From: a virus
Taxonomy: Duplodnaviria; Caudoviricetes
Length of the DNA stretch: 27,151 bases
Direction: 5' to 3' (one strand)
IMG/VR virus record: IMGVR_UViG_3300025083_000183
Coordinates: 1-27,151 of that record
Below, one piece after another: positions 1 to 9,000 of the stretch. Both the position numbers and the translations under genes were made by a program. A model generated the notes under the pieces. It had not been told where the DNA came from. It made no database searches and saw nothing but the letters and a program-made list of their open reading frames with translations. The first letter of the stretch is position 1; the number at the start of each line of letters is the position of its first letter.

Positions 1-2012
1 CATCTGGCGTTGGAAACGATCCTTCAAAATATATTAAACCTGTTAATAATGATTTTTATACTATACTTGGAAGACAAGGTCTAGTAGATGACGATATTAG
101 AGGCCCTGCTAATAGTACTAGCAGACGAAACTTACCTAGTAGTGTATTTGGTATTAGTACTCCGGGTCCTCGAGACAAAAGAAACGGAGCTCCTAAAAGT
201 TCAGTTGGCCCAAAGGAGTATAGTACACAAACATTTACAAGTATACTAGGTGGTTCTAGTATTGTTATGGATGACGGCGACGAACAATTTTTAAGAAATA
301 GTTTCGCTGGACAAGACGCAATGTTATATACTGATGTAGTTGCTGACCCTCAAGCAACTACCGGCATTAAGACACTACCTAAAGGTGAATCTTTTAGGAT
401 TAGAACACGCACCGGTCATCAAATTCTTCTACATAATTCAGAAGACTTAATTTATATTGGCAATGCAACAGGCAGTTCTTGGATAGAAATGACTGCCAAT
501 GGCAAAATTGATATCTATGCACAAGACAGTATTAGTATTAGGACTCAAAATGATCTTAATATAAGTGCTGACAGAGATATTAATATGACAGCGGCACGTG
601 ATATTAACTATAATGCAGGTAGAGATTATAAACTTACTGTTGGTAATAACAGTGACTATAAAGTTGGCGGCAAACACAATATGGAGATTGGCGCTGATGA
701 AAATCATTATGTTGGTGCATCACAGAAAATATTTGTTGGCGCTACTGGAGATTTAATTGTAACTGGTGCTCATACTATTACAAATAACGCAACACTAGAC
801 ATTAATACTAAAGGTAACAGAAAAGATACACAGGCAAATTTAGACTTAAACACTGGAGGATATAATTATTTCACAGCAGGCGGAAATACAGATATTCTGA
901 GTGGCGGCAATCATAACGAAACAGCCACTGAAATTCATATGAATGGTCCAGCAGCGACTGAAGCAGCAACGGCAGGAAGTGCAGCTCAAGCACAAGTTGC
1001 AGCCCCTGCTCTGTGGCCTGTGCGTGTTCCAGTACACGAGCCGTGGCTAGGCCACGAGCATTTAGACCCTGGAACATTTACTCCAGGATTTACACAAGCA
1101 AGCGGTTCTCCGAGTCCAGCATTAAGAGAATCTACACCGTTACTAAGTAGCGATAGTGACTTAACTACAAGTGCTGGCGCTGCAAGCGGAGCAACTGTTA
1201 GTGCAGCAAATTTAAATGGTCCTCAAACAGTTATACCTGGACAAGTAGGACCTACAGGAGATCAACCTGCCAAACCGGTTGAAGTTACATTATTGCAACA
1301 ATTTTTCTTAAATGAATTAATTAAGAAAATTGGATTAGATCCAGCAAATGCACTTAAATCAGCAGATCCTAATAGACTTGCCGAAGGAGAAACTCCAGGT
1401 AATGCAGAAGCACTTGGTATGGCAATGGCACAGATACAAGCAGAATGTGGATTCAAACCAAGAAGTGAAAACTTAAATTATAGAGCAAGTACATTACGTA
1501 GAGTATTCCCAACGCGAGTTAAAACAGATGCGTTTGCACAAGAACTTGCAGCAGCAGGTCCTGCTGCTATTGGTAACACTATTTACGGAAATCGATACGG
1601 CAACGCACAAAACGAAGGCTACAAGTACCGTGGTAGAGGACTAATACAGTTAACGTTTAAAGGTAACTACGAAACATATGGCCCTAAAGCAGGACACCCT
1701 GAAATTGTTCAAAATCCAGATTTAGTTAATGATCCTGAAATTGCTGTAAGAATTGCTTGTGCATACATTCAATCTAAAAAGGTAACTTGGAGCAGTTATG
1801 ACTTCGGTGCTTTAGGACAACAATTCCGTAGAGCAGTTGGTTATGCTGATCAAGGCGGTAAAGAGACTGCTAATCGTATTGGACTTGGTAGAGGTTTTGC
1901 AAGCAAAATTATAACTGGCGACTTAACTCCTGTAGCAAGTATTACAACAGAACCTGCAGGAACAAACATTGAAGCAGGTAATCGTGTAGATCCTGCGGCA
2001 GGTCCACAATAG
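1..2012 (+). CDS. Baseplate central spike/hub protein (T4 gp5 / P2 gpV-like) with C-terminal GH19 lytic domain; 5'-truncated
   Basis: The frame of the 267..2012 ORF is open back to base 3 (SGVGNDPSKYIKPV...RRNLPSSVFGISTPGPRDK...GGSSIVMDDGDEQ), so the real start lies upstream of the window. It has RIRTRTGHQILLH..SWIEMTANGKIDIY followed by 8-residue beta-helix-like repeats (about 480-940), RVPVHEPWLGHEH (1023-1061), a Pro/Ala/Ser/Thr linker, then GH19 motifs. It lies directly before a gp25-like gene. Stop is TAG at 2010-2012. Confidence 0.85.
   Translation, partial: SGVGNDPSKYIKPVNNDFYTILGRQGLVDDDIRGPANSTSRRNLPSSVFGISTPGPRDKRNGAPKSSVGPKEYSTQTFTSILGGSSIVMDDGDEQFLRNSFAGQDAMLYTDVVADPQATTGIKTLPKGESFRIRTRTGHQILLHNSEDLIYIGNATGSSWIEMTANGKIDIYAQDSISIRTQNDLNISADRDINMTAARDINYNAGRDYKLTVGNNSDYKVGGKHNMEIGADENHYVGASQKIFVGATGDLIVTGAHTITNNATLDINTKGNRKDTQANLDLNTGGYNYFTAGGNTDILSGGNHNETATEIHMNGPAATEAATAGSAAQAQVAAPALWPVRVPVHEPWLGHEHLDPGTFTPGFTQASGSPSPALRESTPLLSSDSDLTTSAGAASGATVSAANLNGPQTVIPGQVGPTGDQPAKPVEVTLLQQFFLNELIKKIGLDPANALKSADPNRLAEGETPGNAEALGMAMAQIQAECGFKPRSENLNYRASTLRRVFPTRVKTDAFAQELAAAGPAAIGNTIYGNRYGNAQNEGYKYRGRGLIQLTFKGNYETYGPKAGHPEIVQNPDLVNDPEIAVRIACAYIQSKKVTWSSYDFGALGQQFRRAVGYADQGGKETANRIGLGRGFASKIITGDLTPVASITTEPAGTNIEAGNRVDPAAGPQ
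1410..1910 (+). other. GH19 (chitinase/endolysin-type) glycoside hydrolase domain within the spike protein
   Basis: AQIQAECGF..SENLNY (Glu codons at 1443-1445 and 1467-1469), IGNTIYGNRYGN, GYKYRGRGLIQLT (YRGRGLIQLT at 1626-1655), NY, and NPDLV match the phage GH19 endolysin pattern AQxxHESxGF...ENLNY...YRGRGxIQLTGxxNY...xPDL. Confidence 0.85.
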
Positions 2013-2016
2013 AGGG

Positions 2017-2023
2017 TAAATAC
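2017..2023 (+). promoter_or_regulatory. Putative late promoter core TAAATAC (T4 late TATAAATA-like)
   Basis: ggTAAATAC sits in the 14-bp gap between the spike stop and the gp25-like ATG. The same heptamer occurs at the two other gene junctions with a gap longer than 10 bp. Confidence 0.5.
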
Positions 2024-2026
2024 GTT

Positions 2027-2473
2027 ATGAGCACACAAGAAAAAAAATTATACAAAGAAGTAACAGTAAAAGGAAATAAACGTCCTTCCGCCCCAGTCGA
2101 AAGTCGTGCTTACAGAGGCATTTCAACAACAAATCCAGAAAATACTAGTTTTAATCTTTATGACATTGCTCTTATAAAGCAAGATATTATTAATCACTTT
2201 CATATTCGTGTAGGTGAAAAACTTGAGAATCCTGAATTTGGAACTATTATTTGGGACGTTATTTTTGAACCAATGACCGAACTTTTAAGAGAAGCAATAG
2301 CAAATAACGTTACAGAAATTATTAATTATGATCCACGTGTTCAAGTAGAACAAGTTACTGTAGATACATACGAAAGCGGCATTATGATAGAGTGTACATT
2401 ACTGTATTTGCCGTATAATATCTCAGAAAGTATGCGTATGAGATTTGACGAAGATAACTCAATTTTAACTTAA
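2027..2473 (+). CDS. Baseplate wedge / sheath-initiator protein (T4 gp25 / P2 gpW family)
   Basis: 148 aa. IKQDIINHFHIRVGEKLENPEFGTIIWDVIFEP...IINYDPRVQV matches the GPW/gp25 pattern GER..xPxFG...LFEP...YEPRV. Position between spike and gp6-like genes fits. Confidence 0.9.
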   Translation: MSTQEKKLYKEVTVKGNKRPSAPVESRAYRGISTTNPENTSFNLYDIALIKQDIINHFHIRVGEKLENPEFGTIIWDVIFEPMTELLREAIANNVTEIINYDPRVQVEQVTVDTYESGIMIECTLLYLPYNISESMRMRFDEDNSILT

Positions 2474-2500
2474 AGAATTATATACGCACTTATCTAATCT

Positions 2501-2510
2501 TAATAAATAC
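2501..2510 (+). promoter_or_regulatory. Putative late promoter TAATAAATAC upstream of the gp6-like gene
   Basis: AATAAATA is a 7/8 match to the T4 late consensus TATAAATA, in the 61-bp intergenic region. It is followed by SD-like AAAGGA (2521-2526) and the ATG at 2535. Confidence 0.6.
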
Positions 2511-2534
2511 TGTTACACATAAAGGAAAGCAAGT

Positions 2535-5500
2535 ATGTCAACAACCGACAGACAAAACAGACTATTATTAGCAGAAGATTGGAAGCGTGTTTACCAGTCA
2601 TTCCGCAATGCGGATTTTCAAAGCTATGACTTTGACAATCTTCGCAGAACAATGATCTCATATTTACGAGAAAACTATCCAGAAGATTTTAATGACTATG
2701 TAGAGTCAAGTGAATACTTGGCATTAATTGATCTTATTGCTTTCTTAGGTCAAAATATTAGTTTTCGAATTGATTTAAATGCCCGTGAAAACTTTTTAGA
2801 ATTAGCAGAACGCCGTGAAAGCGTATTACGTTTAGCAAGATTGCTTTCCTATAATCCTAAACGTAATCAAGCATCTAACGGATTATTAAAGTTTGAAACA
2901 ATTAGTACAACTGAAGATTTATTTGATTCTAACGGAACTAATTTATCAGGACAGACTATTGTATGGAACGATATTTCAAATCAAGACTGGTACGAGCAGT
3001 TTGTTAAAGTATTAAATTCAGCACTACCAGCAAATGGAGTTTTTGGAAGACCAAACAAAACTGATACAGTTAATGGTATAAGTGCAGAACAGTATAGAGT
3101 AAATGGCACAAACACTGATATTCCAGTATTTGGCTTTAGTAAAAGTGTAGACGGTAAGTCTACACAGTTTGAAATAGTTAGTACTGATATCGGTTCTGGA
3201 AACATTATTGAAGAAGCTCCTCTACCAGGAAGTAATTTTGCGTTTTTGTATAGAGATGACGGTCAGGGTGCTGGATCAAATAACACAGGATTTTTTGCAC
3301 ACTTTAGACAAGGAAGATTAGATCAAGGCGATTTTAATATTTCTAAACCAAGTGCTAATCAAGTTGTTGCTATTGATGCAATTAATGTTAACAATTCAGA
3401 TACTTGGTTATATAAATTAGATAACCTTGGCAACGAATCAGAATTATGGACAAAGGTTGATGCTGTAGAAGGCAACAATATTGTGTATAATAGTTTAAGT
3501 AAAAATATTAGAAACATTTATAGTGTATTAACTCGTGTTGAAGATAGAGTTAGTTTAGTTTTTAGTGACGGAACTTTTGGATCTTTACCAAAAGGAAACT
3601 TTAAAATATATTATAGAACTAGTGATAATAGAAATTACGTCATTACTCCAGACGAATTAATTAATATTACAATTAGCATTCCTTATCAAAGTAAAACAGG
3701 AACAAGCGAAAAACTTACAATTGGCTTAGCGTTAAAATACACTGTTGACAATGGTACTACTTCCGAGTCAAATAATGAAATAAAAGCAAATGCACCTGCA
3801 ACATACTATACACAAAATAGAATGGTTACAGGCGAAGATTATCAGATAGCACCACTAGCAGTTAGTCAAGAAATTATAAAAGTAAAAAGTGTAAACAGAA
3901 CGTCAAGCGGAATATCACGATATTACGATTTGCTAGATGCAACTGGAAAATACAGTAAAACTAACTTATACGGTAAAGATGGAATACTTTATACACAAAC
4001 GCTAACAAATAAAGAGACATTTACATTTAATACAAAGACAGATATTGAAGGTATTATTAAAACTCAAATTGAAAGAATTTTAAAAGACTACAAAGTTAAA
4101 AACTTTTACTATGCACAGTTTGCAAAAATATTAGTTAGCGATATTGGAGCAAGATGGAATCAAGTTACCCGAGCGCAAAATATAACTACAGGTTATCTAA
4201 CAGATGCAGATTTTTCTAAATTAAAAACAGGAACATTTACAGCATCAACGTTGCAGTACTTGGAACCCGGAGCAATGCTTAAATTTGAAGCTCCGTCCGG
4301 ATATCATTTTATGCCTGATGGAACTATAATGGCAGGTTCTGCAGATCATCCTGGTGCAACAACTTATAAATGGACTAAAGTTGTAAGCGTTAGTGGTTCT
4401 GGAGTTAACAATACAAATGACGGACAAGGTGCTATTGTTCTAAACGATATTATTCCAGGTCCTATTAATAATGATATAACAACAGCTCCTCAGTTAACAG
4501 AAATTAAACCGTTGTTTACTACAGAAGTAGAAACACAAATTAAAACACAAATAATTGACCAAATATTTACTTATAAAACATTTGGACTTCGATATGACTT
4601 CCAAACAAATACTTGGCGTGTTATATTAGAAGCTGATCTTGATATACGTTCAAACTTTAGTACTGGTAAAACTGGAGATTTATCTAATCAAAACTTAGAT
4701 GCAAGTTGGGTACTATTATTTCAAACCAACGGCGAAACATATACAATAACCTATAGAGGTCAGCGTTATGTATTTGAAAGTGATAAAGAAATAAGATTCT
4801 ATTATGATAGTTCAGATAAAGTATATGATCCTTTAACTAATCAAATTATAAAAGACAAAATATCGTTAATGTCTATTAATACTCAACCAGACGCCAGCGG
4901 ATATGCCTTAACACCGTTTACAGTTCCGTTCAATTGGGAAATTGTTAAAGAATATAGAGACGGCGAAGGTTATGTTGATTCTAAGAAGATAGAAGTAGGG
5001 TTTTTTGATAGCGACGATGACGGCGTAGTTGACGATCCAGAAATATTTGACAAATTTATTACTACTAATGCAAGTAAGAAATATATATTCTTAAAGAAAT
5101 ATATTACAACTGACAATGTTGACGATTTTAGATATGTTGATCAAACAACTGAAAACATACAAGTAGTAGATAACGAAGCAGAAATAACTGATAATGGTAT
5201 AGGTAGCTATCCTGATAATTCTGTTTTCTATCAGATAGATAAAAACATATTCAAAGTTTATAATGTAACAACAGAAAAATTAGAATTGTCAGTTGACTAT
5301 AGAGCATATTCAGGAAGAGATAAAATTATTTTCCAATACGAACACGCTGCTGACGAAAGTAGTAGAATTGATCCTAGTAGTTCTAATATTATTGATGTAT
5401 ATATGCTTACAAAGCAATACGATACATTATATCGACAGTATTTGCAAGGAGCAATAGATACTAGACCACTAGCACCTAGTTCAGATACTTTATATGTTAA

Positions 5501-6047
5501 TTTTGGAGAAGAAATTAATAAAATTAAGTCGATATCAGATGAAGTAATTTATCATCCGGTTAAGTACAAAGTACTATTTGGTACTGAAGCATCGGATGAT
5601 TTAAAAGCAATGTTTAAAATAGTTAAAAACCCGGATAGAGTTGTAAACGAAAACGAATTAAAAGCTAATGTAATTGCAGCAATAAATGAATTTTTTGCAA
5701 TTGAAAATTGGGAGTTTGGAGATACATTTTACTTTTCAGAACTTAGTAATTATGTAATGACACAACTTGCTCCTGATCTTGCAGCATTTGTAATTGTACC
5801 AATACAAGAATCACTATCTTTTGGTAGTATGTTTGAAGTAAGAAGTGAAGCCGACGAAGTGTTTATTAGCTCTGCAACTGTAGAAAATATAGAAGTAGTA
5901 TCGTCATTAACAGCGTCAAAATTAAAAGCAACTGGAGCAATATATGCTGATGCAACACAAGCATCAGGAGTAGTTAGTGCTTCAGGAAGCAATGTCTCGA
6001 GCAATATCTCAAGCAGTAGCTCATCAAGTGGAGGACTAAGTTACTAA
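2535..6047 (+). CDS. Baseplate wedge protein (T4 gp6 / P2 gpJ-like), enlarged
   Basis: 1170 aa. The N-terminal DFDNLRRTMISYL...FNDYVESSEYLALIDLIAFLG...ENFLELAERRESVLRLARLLSYNPKR and the central ESNNEIKANAPATYYTQNRMVTGEDY match gp6 signatures. The C-terminal INEFFAIENWEFGDTFYFSEL is gpJ/gp6-like. Confidence 0.88.
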   Translation: MSTTDRQNRLLLAEDWKRVYQSFRNADFQSYDFDNLRRTMISYLRENYPEDFNDYVESSEYLALIDLIAFLGQNISFRIDLNARENFLELAERRESVLRLARLLSYNPKRNQASNGLLKFETISTTEDLFDSNGTNLSGQTIVWNDISNQDWYEQFVKVLNSALPANGVFGRPNKTDTVNGISAEQYRVNGTNTDIPVFGFSKSVDGKSTQFEIVSTDIGSGNIIEEAPLPGSNFAFLYRDDGQGAGSNNTGFFAHFRQGRLDQGDFNISKPSANQVVAIDAINVNNSDTWLYKLDNLGNESELWTKVDAVEGNNIVYNSLSKNIRNIYSVLTRVEDRVSLVFSDGTFGSLPKGNFKIYYRTSDNRNYVITPDELINITISIPYQSKTGTSEKLTIGLALKYTVDNGTTSESNNEIKANAPATYYTQNRMVTGEDYQIAPLAVSQEIIKVKSVNRTSSGISRYYDLLDATGKYSKTNLYGKDGILYTQTLTNKETFTFNTKTDIEGIIKTQIERILKDYKVKNFYYAQFAKILVSDIGARWNQVTRAQNITTGYLTDADFSKLKTGTFTASTLQYLEPGAMLKFEAPSGYHFMPDGTIMAGSADHPGATTYKWTKVVSVSGSGVNNTNDGQGAIVLNDIIPGPINNDITTAPQLTEIKPLFTTEVETQIKTQIIDQIFTYKTFGLRYDFQTNTWRVILEADLDIRSNFSTGKTGDLSNQNLDASWVLLFQTNGETYTITYRGQRYVFESDKEIRFYYDSSDKVYDPLTNQIIKDKISLMSINTQPDASGYALTPFTVPFNWEIVKEYRDGEGYVDSKKIEVGFFDSDDDGVVDDPEIFDKFITTNASKKYIFLKKYITTDNVDDFRYVDQTTENIQVVDNEAEITDNGIGSYPDNSVFYQIDKNIFKVYNVTTEKLELSVDYRAYSGRDKIIFQYEHAADESSRIDPSSSNIIDVYMLTKQYDTLYRQYLQGAIDTRPLAPSSDTLYVNFGEEINKIKSISDEVIYHPVKYKVLFGTEASDDLKAMFKIVKNPDRVVNENELKANVIAAINEFFAIENWEFGDTFYFSELSNYVMTQLAPDLAAFVIVPIQESLSFGSMFEVRSEADEVFISSATVENIEVVSSLTASKLKATGAIYADATQASGVVSASGSNVSSNISSSSSSSGGLSY

Positions 6048-9000
6048 TGTCATACGACAACGATCAGAATGAATATCCGTTGCCAGCAGAAGGTAATAAT
6101 AACAGAAAAAGTGAATCTTTACTACCTCGATTTTTTAGAACAGAAACGAATAAAAAGTTTTTACAAGCAACATTAGATCAGCTTACTCAACCAGGAGTTG
6201 CTGAAAAGCTAAATGGTTATTACGGCAGACAAATTTCAAAAGCATATAATGCCGACGACAACTACGTTGGCGATGTGTCAACGAACAGAGAAAACTATCA
6301 GTTTGAACCAGCAACAATAATTAAAGACAATTTAGACAATGTAACTTTTTATAAAGATTACAATGACTACTTAAATCAAATTAGTAGTTTTGGCGGTAAC
6401 GTTCAAAATCAAGATATATTAAATTCACAAGAATTTTATGCGTGGAATCCTCATATTGATTGGGATAAGTTTAGTAACTTTCGTGAGTATTATTGGTTAC
6501 CATATGGTCCGCAAACTGTAAGAATTGCAGGACAAGAACGCGGTGTTGAAAGTACTATTGCTGTTAAACTTATTAATAATGTAGACAATGTTACATATAG
6601 TTTTAGTACAGATGAATTAGTTAATAATCCAACACTAATTTTGTATAGAGGTCAAACATATACATTTGATGTAGATACAACCGGTACTCCAATTACTATT
6701 AAAACAAAAAGAACGTTAGAAGAAAGTTTTAACTATGATGATGGGGTGAGTGCGCAAGGCGTAGAAAAAGGAAAAATAACATTTACAGTTGGTAATTCTA
6801 CTCCTGAAGTATTATACTATGTTGCTGAAAATGATATTAATAATACTGGTCTAATACAAATTAAAGATATTGAAGAAAATACAGAAATTGATGTCGAAAA
6901 AGAAGTATTAGGTAAAACAACATATAAGTCGTCTCAAGGCACAGTACTTTCAAATGGTATGAAAATATCTTTTGCAGGATTTGTAACTCCTGCAGAGTAT
7001 GCAGAAGGTGATTGGTATGTAGAAGGCGTTGGCAGTTCTATTAAATTAATAAAAGAGTCTAGTTTAGAAATTCCTGGATCGTATGCAGACAATAAAGACG
7101 TTCCGTTTGATACAAATGCATTTGATAGATTACCATTTGCAAATGCTAACGGATACCCAACTGCAAAAGATTATATCGTAATTAATCGCGGAAGTCTTGA
7201 TAAAAATATGTGGACTAGATATAATAGATGGTTCCATAAAGATGTAATTGAAGCATCTGCAATAGCAAATGGACAAACTGTAAGTGCTGACCAAAGTGCT
7301 AGAGCTACTAGACCAATTGTTGAATTTGAAGCAGGATTAAAATTATTTAATTTTGGAACAAGCAACAAAAAGAACGTGGACGTTATTGATACATTTACTA
7401 AAGATATATTTTCTATAATTGAAGGATCTTTAGGATATAATGTTGACGGAATAGATCTTGTAAATGGAATGCGTGTATTGTTTACTGCTGACGAAGATAT
7501 TCGCGAAGCAGGTAAAATTTATAAAATTAAATTTGTCACACATAAAGGTCGTAGGCAAATAAGTTTAGTTGAAGAGTCTGATTCTATTCCTTTAGAAAAC
7601 GAAACAGTTTTAGCATTACAAGGTGAAGCATACCAAGGAAAAATGTTTTACTACAACGGAACTTCCTGGAATTTAACGCAAGAAAAAACACAAGTTAATC
7701 AGCCGCCACTATTTGATCTATTTGATGATGTAGGTGATAGCTACTCAGATTCAACAATGTATCCTAATTCAACATTTAGCGGAACTAAATTGTTTTCTTA
7801 TAAAGCGGGTACTGGAATTGCCGACAGTGAATTAGGATTTCCGTTATCGTATAAAAGTATACAAAATATTGGAGATCTAGTTTTTAACTTTGATTTATTG
7901 TTAGACACGTTTACATATACAGATACATCCTTAGCAACAGTAACACAAGGCACTGATGTATGTGTGCTACATAACTATTCGTCTAGAAATAATTACAATA
8001 GTGTTAACGGATGGATCAAAGCAAATACTGAAAGCACTCAGCGTGTGTTACGTCAGTATGTTGCTAATACAAATCAAACAGATTTTGCAGTAGATGTATA
8101 CAACAATAGTAGTACACTTGAAGATTTAAATATTCGAATTACAGTAAATAACGATCTTAAATTTGTTAACACAGACTATGAAATTGTAAACATAGGAACA
8201 ACCGCAACAGTAAGATTTAATAATCCATTAAATGAAAATGATATTGTAGTACTAAGAACACGTTCTGCTACAACTAAAAATGAAAATGGTATATATGAAA
8301 TTGCTGGAAACTTAGAACGCAATCCATTAAACAACGATGTAACAACATTTACATTAGGTGAAGTTAACGAACACGTTTCTACTATAGTACAAGAAACAGA
8401 TGAGTTTTTTGGAACTTATCCTGGACCAGGAAACTTACGTGATATTAGTAACGCTTCACAGTATGGTAGAAGATTCTTGCAACATAGTGGACCTACTAAT
8501 TTATCACTTTATCATATTACAGATAAAAGTGCAAATATTATTAAATCTATGGATTTTGCCAGAAGAGAATATGCAAAATTTAAAAGATTATTTTTACAAA
8601 CATCATTAGGATTAGGATTTGACGGTACACCTAAAGCACACGTTGATTTAATTTTTAAAGAGTTAAACAAAAACAAAACAAGTAACTTACCATTTTACTT
8701 TAGTGATATGGTTCCAACTGGCGCAGCAAGAAGACTTGACTATGATGCTATACCAGGTAATGTATATTATGCACTTACACAAGCATTTGACATCACTGTT
8801 CCTAGCATATTAGCTGTTAACGTTTACTTAAATGATATACAATTAACTTACGATAAGGATTATACATTTAATGCAGATGGTTTTTGTGAAATTACTGCTA
8901 CACTAGAATCTACTGATAAAATTACTATATTTGAATTCGAAACAACTGACGGTTCTTATGTTCCACCAACTCCAACAAAGTTAGGTTTATATCCAAAATT

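Noticed and set aside
267-269. ATG at 267 as the start of the first gene
   Set aside because: The frame is open and protein-like back to base 3 and there is no intergenic gap, so this is an internal Met of a gene that starts before the window.
2474-2534. Terminator, tRNA, ncRNA or CRISPR array in intergenic space
   Set aside because: The longest gap is 61 bp and AT-rich, with no GC hairpin plus U-tract, no cloverleaf and no direct repeats.
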